DNA of 64,000 nt, from positions 22,382,001 through 22,446,000 of the forward strand of contig OZ059894.1 of the NCBI GenBank assembly GCA_964057225.1. The letters run 5' to 3'. The stretch is from Auanema rhodensis. Taxonomy: Eukaryota > Animalia > Nematoda. The translations under genes were made by a program, and so were the position numbers. A model generated the notes under the pieces. It was given only the letters and a program-made list of their open reading frames with translations, was not told where the DNA came from and made no database searches. Within the stretch, counting starts at the first letter, position 1, and every line of letters begins with the position of its first letter. Shown here piece by piece: positions 26,322-38,300 of the stretch.

Positions 26322-29300
26322 ATAATTTTTTCGTTGAATAACATTGTCCATCGTCTTTGCCTTGAAAAATGGAATTTAAAAAAATCTACTTTTTGCTAAA
26401 TTATTTTGAAATTTTTCGAAAAAATTTTTGTCAAAATGTTTTTGGAAGCAATGTTGAGTGTACATGGAAACTCAACATACACTAATGCATCATTTTTCAA
26501 ACGATCATAACTAATTTTTGTATTAAGCGTTTCTCAATGTAGTATAGTGCATTCGATGCGGATTTTTAAGCTGCGTCGATCTGTGTTATCAGATTTGCGC
26601 TAGCTTAAAAATGCACCGAGATATCAACTGATATAAGTTCACACTTATATCCTCGATTTTCACCCTGAAGGAATAATTTTTTCGTTGAATAACATTGTCC
26701 ATCGTCTTTGCCTTGAAAAAAGGAATCTAAAAACATTTACTTTTTCCTAAATTATTTTTAATTTTTCGAAAAAATTTTTGTCAAAATGTTTTTGGAAGCA
26801 ATGTTGAGTGTACATGGAAACTCAACATACACTAATGCATCATTTTTCAAACGATCATAACTAATTTTTGTATTAAGCGTTTCTCAATGTAGTATAGTGC
26901 ATTCGATGCGGATTTTTAAGCTGCGTCGATCTGTGTTATCAGATTTGCGCTAGCTTAAAAATGCACCGAGATATCAACTGATATAAGTTCACACTTATAT
27001 CCTCGATTTTCACCCTGAAGAATTAATTTTTTCGTTGAATAACATTGTCCATCGTCTTTGCCTTGAAAAATGGAATCTAAAAACATCTACTTTTTGCTAA
27101 ATTATTCTGAAATTTTTCGAAAAAATTTTTGTCAAAATGTTTTTGGAAGCAATGTTGAGTGTACATGGAAACTCAACATACACTAATGCATCATTTTTCA
27201 AACGATCATAACTAATTTGTGTATTAAGCGTTTCTCAATGTAGTTTAGTGCATTCGATGCGGATTTTTAAGCTGCGTCGATCTGTGTTATCAGATTTGCG
27301 CTAGCTTAAAAATGCACCGAGATATCAACTGATATAAGTTTACACTTATATCCTCGATTTTCACCCTGAAGAATTAATTTTTTCGTTGAATAACATTGTC
27401 CATCGTCTTTGCCTTGAAAAATGGAATCTTAAAACATCTACTTTTTGCTAAATTATTCTGAAATTTTTTGAAAAAATTTTTGTCAAAATGTTTTTGGAAG
27501 CAATGTTGAGTGTACATGGAAACTCAACATACACTAATGCATCATTTTTCAAACGATCATAACTAATTTTTGTATCAAGCGTTTCTCAATTTAGTTTAGT
27601 GCATTCGATGCGGATTTTTAAGCTGCGTCGATCTGTGTTATCAGATTTGCGCTAGCTTAAAAATGCCCCGAGATATCAACTGATATAAGTTCACACTTAT
27701 ATCCTCGATTTTCACCCTGAAGAATTAATTTTTTCGTTGAATAACATTGTCCATCGTCTTTGCCTTGAAAAATGGAATCTAAAAACATCTACTTTTTGCT
27801 AAATTATTCTGAAATTTTTCGAAAAAATTTTTGTCAAAATGTTTTTGGAAGCAATGTTGAGTGTACATGGAAACTCAACATACACTAATGCATCATTTTT
27901 CAAACGATCATAACTAATTTTTGTATCAAGCGTTTCTCAATGTAGTTTAGTGCATTCGATGCGGATTTTTAAGCTGCGTCGATCTGTGTTATCAGATTTG
28001 CGCTAGCTTAAAAATGCACCGAGATATCAACTGATATAAGTTCACACTTATATCCTCGATTTTCACCCTGAAGGAATAATTTTTTCGTTGAATAACATTG
28101 TCCATCGTCTTTGCCTTGAAAAATGGAATCTAAAAAAATCTACTTTTTGCTAAATTATTTTGAAATTTTTCGAAAAAATTTTTGTCAAAATGTTTTTGGA
28201 AGCAATGTTGAGTGTACATGGAAACTCAACATACACTAATGCATCATTTTTCAAACGATCATAGCTAATTTTTGTATTAAGCGTTTCTCAATGTAGTATG
28301 GTGCATTCGATGCGGATTTTTAAGCTGCGTCGATCTGTGTTATCAGATTTGCGCTAGCTTGAAAATGCACCGAGATATCAACTGATATAAGTTCACACTT
28401 ATATCCTCGATTTTCACCCTGAAGGAATAATTTTTTCGTTGAATAACATTGTCCATCGTCTTTGCCTTGAAAAAAGGAATCTAAAAACATCTACTTTTTG
28501 CTAAATTATTTTGAAATTTTTCGAAAAAATTTTTGTCAAAATGTTTTTGGAAGCATTGTTGAGTGTACATGGAAACTCAACATACACTAATGCATCATTT
28601 TTCAAAGGATCATAACTAATTTTTGTATTAAGCGTTTCTCAATGTAGTATAGTGCATTCGATGCGGATTTTTAAGCTGCGTCGATCTGTGTTATCAGATT
28701 TGCGCTAGCTTAAAAATGCACCGAGATATCAACTGATATAAGTTCACACTTATATCCTCGATTTTCACCCTGAAGAATTAATTTTTTCGTTGAATAACAT
28801 TGTCCATCGTCTTTGCCTTGAAAAATGGAATCTAAAAACATCTACTTTTTGCTAAATTATTCTGAAATTTTTCGAAAAAATTTTTGTCAAAATGTTTTTG
28901 GAAGCAATGTTGAGTGTACATGGAAACTCAACATACACTAATGCATCATTTTTCAAACGATCATAACTAATTTTTGTATTAAGCGTTTCTCAATGTAGTA
29001 TAGTGCATTCGATGCGGATTTTTAAGCTGCGTCGATCTGTGTTATCAGATTTGCGCTAGCTTAAAAATGCACCGAGATATCAACTGATATAAGTTCACAC
29101 TTACATCCTCGATTTTCACCCTGAAGAATTAATTTTTTCGTTGAATAACATTGTCCATCGTCTTTGCCTTAAAAAATGGAATCTAAAAACATCTACTTTT
29201 TGCTAAATTATTTTGAAATTTTTCGAAAAAATTTTTGTCAAAATGTTTTTGGAAGCATTGTTGAGTGTACATGGAAACTCAACATACACTAATGCATCAT

Positions 29301-32300
29301 TTTTCAAAGGATCATAACTAATTTTTGTATTAAGCGTTTCTCAATGTAGTATAGTGCATTCGATGCGGATTTTTAAGCTGCGTCGATCTGTGTTATCAGA
29401 TTTGCGCTAGCTTAAAAATGCACCGAGATATCAACTGATATAAGTTCACACTTATATCCTCGATTTTCACCCTGAAGAATTAATTTTTTCGTTGAATAAC
29501 ATTGTCCATCGTCTTTGCCTTGAAAAATGGAATCTAAAAACATCTACTTTTTGCTAAATTATTCTGAAATTTTTCGAAAAAATTTTTGTCAAAATGTTTT
29601 TGGAAGCAATGTTGAGTGTACATGGAAACTCAACATACACTAATGCATCATTTTTCAAACGATCATAACTAATTTTTGTATTAAGCGTTTCTCAATGTAG
29701 TATAGTGCATTCGATGCGGATTTTTAAGCTGCGTCGATCTGTGTTATCAGATTTGCGCTAGCTTAAAAATGCACCGAGATATCAACTGATATAAGTTCAC
29801 ACTTATATCCTCGATTTTCACCCTGAAGAATTAATTTTTTCGTTGAATAACATTGTCCATCGTCTTTGCCTTGAAAAATGGAATCTAAAAACATCTACTT
29901 TTTGCTAAATTATTCTGAAATTTTTCGAAAAAATTTTTGTCAAAATGTTTTTGGAAGCAATGTTGAGTGTACATGGAAACTCAACATACACTAATGCATC
30001 ATTTTTCAAACGATCATAACTAATTTTTGTATCAAGCGTTTCTCAATGTAGTTTAGTGCATTCGATGCGGATTTTTAAGCTGCGTCGATCTGTGTTATCA
30101 GATTTGCGCTAGCTTAAAAATGCACCGAGATATCAACTGATATAAGTTCACACTTATATCCTCGATTTTCACCCTGAAGGAATAATTTTTTCGTTGAATA
30201 ACATTGTCCATCGTCTTTGCCTTGAAAAATGGAATTTAAAAAAATCTACTTTTTGCTAAATTATTTTGAAATTTTTCGAAAAAATTTTTGTCAAAATGTT
30301 TTTGGAAGCAATGTTGAGTGTACATGGAAACTCAACATACACTAATGCATCATTTTTCAAACGATCATAACTAATTTTTGTATTAAGCGTTTCTCAATGT
30401 AGTATAGTGCATTCGATGCGGATTTTTAAGCTGCGTCGATCTGTGTTATCAGATTTGCGCTAGCTTAAAAATGCACCGAGATATCAACTGATATAAGTTC
30501 ACACTTATATCCTCGATTTTCACCCTGAAGGAATAATTTTTTCGTTGAATAACATTGTCCATCGTCTTTGCCTTGAAAAAAGGAATCTAAAAACATCTAC
30601 TTTTTGCTAAATTTTTCTGAAATTTTTCGAAAAAATTTTTGTCAAAATGTTTTTGGAAGCAATGTTGAGTGTACATGGAAACTCAACATACACTAATGCA
30701 TCATTTTTCAAACGATCATAACTAATTTTTGTATCAAGCGTTTCTCAATTTAGTTTAGTGCATTCGATGCGGATTTTTAAGCTGCGTCGATCTGTGTTAT
30801 CAGATTTGCGCTAGCTTAAAAATGCCCCGAGATATCAACTGATATAAGTTCACACTTATATCCTCGATTTTCACCCTGAAGAATTAATTTTTTCGTTGAA
30901 TAACATTGTCCATCGTCTTTGCCTTGAAAAATGGAATCTAAAAACATCTACTTTTTGCTAAATTATTCTGAAATTTTTCGAAAAAATTTTTGTCAAAATG
31001 TTTTTGGAAGCAATGTTGAGTGTACATGGAAACTCAACATACACTAATGCATCATTTTTCAAACGATCATAACTAATTTTTGTATCAAGCGTTTCTCAAT
31101 GTAGTTTAGTGCATTCGATGCGGATTTTTAAGCTGCGTCGATCTGTGTTATCAGATTTGCGCTAGCTTAAAAATGCACCGAGATATCAACTGATATAAGT
31201 TCACACTTATATCCTCGATTTTCACCCTGAAGGAATAATTTTTTCGTTGAATAACATTGTCCATCGTCTTTGCCTTGAAAAATGGAATCTAAAAAAATCT
31301 ACTTTTTGCTAAATTATTTTGAAATTTTTCGAAAAAATTTTTGTCAAAATGTTTTTGGAAGCAATGTTGAGTGTACATGGAAACTCAACATACACTAATG
31401 CATCATTTTTCAAACGATCATAGCTAATTTTTGTATTAAGCGTTTCTCAATGTAGTATGGTGCATTCGATGCGGATTTTTAAGCTGCGTCGATCTGTGTT
31501 ATCAGATTTGCGCTAGCTTGAAAATGCACCGAGATATCAACTGATATAAGTTCACACTTATATCCTCGATTTTCACCCTGAAGGAATAATTTTTTCGTTG
31601 AATAACATTGTCCATCGTCTTTGCCTTGAAAAAAGGAATCTAAAAACATCTACTTTTTGCTAAATTATTTTGAAATTTTTCGAAAAAATTTTTGTCAAAA
31701 TGTTTTTGGAAGCAATGTTGAGTGTACATGGAAACTCAACATACACTAATGCATCATTTTTCAAACGATCATAACTAATTTTTGTATTAAGCGTTTCTCA
31801 ATGTAGTATAGTGCATTCGATGCGGATTTTTAAGCTGCGTCGATCTGTGTTATCAGATTTGCGCTAGCTTGAAAATGCACCGAGATATCAACTGATATAA
31901 GTTCACACTTATATCCTCGATTTTCACCCTGAAGGAATAATTTTTTCGTTGAATAACATTGTCCATCGTCTTTGCCTTGAAAAAAGGAATCTAAAAACAT
32001 CTACTTTTTGCTAAATTATTTTGAAATTTTTCGAAAAAATTTTTGTCAAAATGTTTTTGGAAGCATTGTTGAGTGTACATGGAAACTCAACATACACTAA
32101 TGCATCATTTTTCAAAGGATCATAACTAATTTTTGTATTAAGCGTTTCTCAATGTAGTATAGTGCATTCGATGCGGATTTTTAAGCTGCGTCGATCTGTG
32201 TTATCAGATTTGCGCTAGCTTAAAAATGCACCGAGATATCAACTGATATAAGTTCACACTTATATCCTCGATTTTCACCCTGAAGAATTAATTTTTTCGT

Positions 32301-35300
32301 TGAATAACATTGTCCATCGTCTTTGCCTTGAAAAATGGAATCTAAAAACATCTACTTTTTGCTAAATTATTCTGAAATTTTTCGAAAAAATTTTTGTCAA
32401 AATGTTTTTGGAAGCAATGTTGAGTGTACATGGAAACTCAACATACACTAATGCATCATTTTTCAAACGATCATAACTAATTTTTGTATCAAGCGTTTCT
32501 CAATGTAGTTTAGTGCATTCGATGCGGATTTTTAAGCTGCGTCCATCTGTGTTATCAGATTTGCGCTAGCTTAAAAATGCACCGAGATATCAACTGATAT
32601 AAGTTCACACTTATATCCTCGATTTTCACCCTGAAGAATTAATTTTTTCGTTGAATAACATTGTCCATCGTCTTTGCCTTGAAAAATGGAATCTAAAAAC
32701 ATCTACTTTTTGCTAAATTATTTTGAAATTTTTTGAAAAAATTTTTGTCAAAATGTTTTTGGAAGCAATGTTGAGTGTACATGGAAACTCAACATACACT
32801 AATGCATCATTTTTCAAACGATCATAACTAATTTTTGTATCAAGCGTTTCTCAATGTAGTTTAGTGCATTCGATGCGGATTTTTAAGCTGCGTCGATCTG
32901 TGTTATCAGATTTGCGCTAGCTTAAAAATGCACCGAGATATCAACTGATATAAGTTCACACTTATATCCTCGATTTTCACCCTGAAGGAATAATTTTTTC
33001 GTTGAATAACATTGTCCATCGTCTTTGCCTTGAAAAATGGAATCTAAAAAAATCTACTTTTTGCTAAATTATTTTGAAATTTTTCGAAAAAATTTTTGTC
33101 AAAATGTTTTTGGAAGCAATGTTGAGTGTACATGGAAACTCAACATACACTAATGCATCATTTTTCAAACGATCATAACTAATTTTTGTATTAAGCGTTT
33201 CTCAATGTAGTATAGTGCATTCGATGCGGATTTTTAAGCTGCGTCGATCTGTGTTATCAGATTTGCGCTAGCTTAAAAATGCCCCGAGATATCAACTGAT
33301 ATAAGTTCACACTTATATCCTCGATTTTCACCCTGAAGATATAATTTTTTCGTTGAATAACATTGTCCATCGTCTTTGCCTTGAAAAATGGAATCTAAAA
33401 ACATCTACTTTTTGCTAAATTATTCTGAAATTTTTCGAAAAAATTTTTGTCAAAATGTTTTTGGAAGCAATGTTGAGTGTACATGGAAACTCAACATACA
33501 CTAATGCATCATTTTTCAAACGATCATAACTAATTTTTGTATCAAGCGTTTCTCAATGTAGTTTAGTGCATTCGATGCGGATTTTTAAGCTGCGTCGATC
33601 TGTGTTATCAGATTTGCGCTAGCTTAAAAATGCACCGAGATATCAACTGATATAAGTTCACACTTATATCCTCGATTTTCACCCTGAAGGAATGATTTTT
33701 TTGTTGAATAACATTGTCCATCGTCTTTGCCTTGAAAAATGGAATCTAAAAAAATCTACTTTTTGCTAAATTATTTTGAAATTTTTCGAAAAAATTTTTG
33801 TCAAAATGTTTTTGGAAGCAATGTTGAGTGTACATGGAAACTCAACATACACTAATGCATCATTTTTCAAACGATCATAACTAATTTTTGTATTAAGCGT
33901 TTCTCAATGTAGTATAGTGCATTCGATGCGGATTTTTAAGCTGCGTCGATCTGTGTTATCAGATTTGCGCTAGCTTAAAAATGCACCGAGATATCAACTG
34001 ATATAAGTTCACACTTATATCCTCGATTTTCACCCTGAAGACTCAATTTTTTCGTTGAATAACATTGTCCATCGTCTTTGCCTTGAAAAATGGAATCTAA
34101 AAACATCTACTTTTTGCTAAATTATTTTGAAATTTTTCGAAAAAATTTTTGTCAAAATGTTTTTGGAAGCAATGTTGAGTGTACATGGAAACTCAACATA
34201 CACTAATGCATCATTTTTCAAACGATCATAACTAATTTTTGTATTAAGCGTTTCTCAATGTAGTATAGTGCATTCGATGCGGAATTTTAAGCTGCGTCGA
34301 TCTGTGTTATCAGATTTGCGCTAGCTTAAAAATGCACCGAGATATCAACTGATATAAGTTCACACTTATATCCTCGATTTTCACCCTGAAGAATCAATTT
34401 TTTCGTTGAATAACATTGTCCATCGTCTTTGCCTTGAAAAATGGAATCTAAAAACATCTACTTTTTGCTAAATTATTTTGAAATTTTTCGAAAAAATTTT
34501 TGTCAAAATGTTTCTGGAAGCATTGTTGAGTGTACATGGAAACTCAACATACACTAATGCATCATTTTTCAAACGATCATAACTAATTTTTGTATTAAGC
34601 GTTTCTCAATGTAGTATAGTGCATTTGATGCGGATTTTTAAGCTGCGTCGATCTGTGTTATCAGATTTGCGCTAGCTTAAAAATGCACCGAGATATCAAC
34701 TGATATAAGTTCACACTTATATCCTCGATTTTCACCCTGAAGAATTAATTTTTTCGTTGAATAACATTGTCCATCGTCTTTGCCTTGAAAAATGGAATCT
34801 AAAAACATCTACTTTTTGCTAAATTATTCTGAAATTTTTCGAAAAAATTTTTGTCAAAATGTTTTTGGAAGCAATGTTGAGTGTACATGGAAACTCAACA
34901 TACACTAATGCATCATTTTTCAAACGATCATAACTAATTTTTGTATCAAGCGTTTCTCAATGTAGTTTAGTGCATTCGATGCGGATTTTTAAGCTGCGTC
35001 GATCTGTGTTATCAGATTTGCGCTAGCTTAAAAATGCACCGAGATATCAACTGATATAAGTTCACACTTATATCCTCGATTTTCACCCTGAAGAATTAAT
35101 TTTTTCGTTGATTAACATTGTCCATCGTCTTTGCCTTGAAAAATGGAATCTAAAAACATCTACTTTTTGCTAAATTATTTTGAAATTTTTCGAAAAAATT
35201 TTTGTCAAAATGTTTTTGGAAGCATTGTTGAGTGTACATGGAAACTCAACATACACTCATGCATCATTTTTCAAAGGATCATAACTAATTTTTGTATTAA

Positions 35301-38300
35301 GCGTTTCTCAATGTAGTATAGTGCATTCGATGCGGATTTTTAAGCTGCGTCGATCTGTGTTATCAGATTTGCGCTAGCTTAAAAATGCACCGAGATATCA
35401 ATTGATATAAGTTCACACTTATATCCTCGATTTTCACCCTGAAGAATTAATTTTTTCGTTGAATAACATTGTCCATCGTCTTTGCCATGAAAAAAGGAAT
35501 CTAAAAACATCTACTTTTTGCTGAATTATTTTGAAATTTTTCGAAAAAATTTTTGTCAAAATGTTTTTGGAAGCATTGTTGAGTGTACATGGAAACTCAA
35601 CATACACTAATGCATCATTTTTCAAACGATCATAACTAATTTTTGTATTAAGCGTTTCTCAATGTAGTATAGTGCATTCGATGCGGATTTTTAAGCTGCG
35701 TCGATCTGTGTTATCAGATTTGCGCTAGCTTAAAAATGCACCGAGATATCAACTGATATAAGTTCACACTTATATCCTCGATTTTCACCCTGAAGACTTA
35801 ATTTTTTCGTTGAATAACATTGTCCATCGTCTTTGCCTTGAAAAATGGAATCTAAAAACATCTACTTTTTGCTAAATTATTCTGAAATTTTTCGAAAAAA
35901 TTTTTGTCAAAATGTTTTTGGAAGCAATGTTGAGTGTACATGGAAACTCAACATACACTAATGCATCATTTTTCAAACGATCATAACTAATTTTTGTATT
36001 AAGCGTTTCTCAATGTAGTATAGTGCATTCGATGCGGATTTTTAAGCTGCGTCGATCTGTGTTATCAGATTTGCGCTAGCTTAAAAATGCACCGAGATAT
36101 CAACTGATATAAGTTCACACTTATATCCTCGATTTTCACCCTGAAGACTTAATTTTTTCGTTGAATAACATTGTCCATCGTCTTTGCCTTGAAAAATGGA
36201 ATCTAAAAACATCTACTTTTTGCTAAATTATTCTGAAATTTTTCGAAAAAATTTTTGTCAAAATGTTTTTGGAAGCAATGTTGAGTGTACATGGAAACTC
36301 AACATACACTCATGCATCATTTTTCAAAGGATCATAACTAATTTTTGTATTAAGCGTTTCTCAATGTAGTATAGTGCATTCGATGCGGATTTTTAAGCTG
36401 CGTCGATCTGTGTTATCAGATTTGCGCTAGCTTAAAAATGCACCGAGATATCAATTGATATAAGTTCACACTTATATCCTCGATTTTCACCCTGAAGAAT
36501 TAATTTTTTCGTTGAATAACATTGTCCATCGTCTTTGCCATGAAAAAAGGAATCTAAAAACATCTACTTTTTGCTGAATTATTTTGAAATTTTTCGAAAA
36601 AATTTTTGTCAAAATGTTTTTGGAAGCATTGTTGAGTGTACATGGAAACTCAACATACACTAATGCATCATTTTTCAAACGATCATAACTAATTTTTGTA
36701 TTAAGCGTTTCTCAATGTAGTATAGTGCATTCGATGCGGATTTTTAAGCTGCGTCGATCTGTGTTATCAGATTTGCGCTAGCTTAAAAATGCACCGAGAT
36801 ATCAACTGATATAAGTTCACACTTATATCCTCGATTTTCACCCTGAAGACTTAATTTTTTCGTTGAATAACATTGTCCATCGTCTTTGCCTTGAAAAATG
36901 GAATCTAAAAACATCTACTTTTTGCTAAATTATTCTGAAATTTTTCGAAAAAATTTTTGTCAAAATGTTTTTGGAAGCAATGTTGAGTGTACATGGAAAC
37001 TCAACATACACTAATGCATCATTTTTCAAACGATCATAACTAATTTTTGTATTAAGCGTTTCTCAATGTAGTATAGTGCATTCGATGCGGATTTTTAAGC
37101 TGCGTCGATCTGTGTTATCAGATTTGCGCTAGCTTAAAAATGCACCGAGATATCAACTGATATAAGTTCACACTTATATCCTCGATTTTCACCCTGAAGA
37201 CTTAATTTTTTCGTTGAATAACATTGTCCATCGTCTTTGCCTTGAAAAATGGAATCTAAAAACATCTACTTTTTGCTAAATTATTTTGAAATTTTTCGAA
37301 AAAATTTTTGTCAAAATGTTTTTGGAAGCATTGTTGAGTGTACATGGAAACTCAACATACACTAATGCATCATTTTTCAAAGGATCATAACTAATTTTTG
37401 TATTAAGCGTTTCTCAATGTAGTATAGTGCATTCGATGCGGATTTTTAAGCTGCGTCGATCTGTGTTATCAGATTTGCGCTAGCTTAAAAATGCACCGAG
37501 ATATCAACTGATATAAGTTCACACTTATATCCTCGATTTTCACCCTGAAGAATTAATTTTTTCGTTGAATAACATTGTCCATCGTCTTTGCCTTGAAAAA
37601 TGGAATCTAAAAACATCTACTTTTTGCTAAATTATTTTGAAATTTTTCGAAAAAATTTTTGTCAAAATGTTTTTGGAAGCAATGTTGAGTGTACATGGAA
37701 ACTCAACATACACTAATGCATCATTTTTCAAACGATCATAACTAATTTTTGTATCAAGCGTTTCTCAATGTAGTTTAGTGCATTCGATGCGGATTTTTCA
37801 GCTGCGTCGATCTGTGTTATCAGATTTGCGCTAGCTAAAAAATGCACCGAGATATCAACTGATATAAGTTCACACTTATATCCTCGATTTTCACCCTGAA
37901 GGAATAATTTTTTCGTTGAATAACATTGTCCATCGTCTTTGCCTTGAAAAAAGGAATCTAAAAACATCTACTTTTTGCTAAATTATTTTGAAATTTTTCG
38001 AAAAAACTTTTGTCAGAATGTTTTTGGAAGCATTGTTGAGTGTACATGGAAACTCAACATACACTAATGCATCATTTTTCAAACGATCATAACTAATTTT
38101 TGTATCAAGCGTTTCTCAATGTAGTTTAGTGCATTCGATGCGGATTTTTAAGCTGCGTCCATCTGTGTTATCAGATTTGCGCTAGCTTAAAAATGCACCG
38201 AGATATCAACTGATATAAGTTCACACTTATATCCTCGATTTTCACCCTGAAGGAATAATTTTTTCGTTGAATAACATTGTCCATCGTCTTTGCCTTGAAA

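Noticed and set aside
2094-36678. 63/73-aa minus-strand ORFs (MKNDALVY... / MLNTKISY...) as genes
   Set aside because: They appear only in monomers where a substitution removes a TAG (GCTAA>GCTGA or GCCAA). The 63-aa form starts at TTG, none has a recognisable domain, and most copies are closed.
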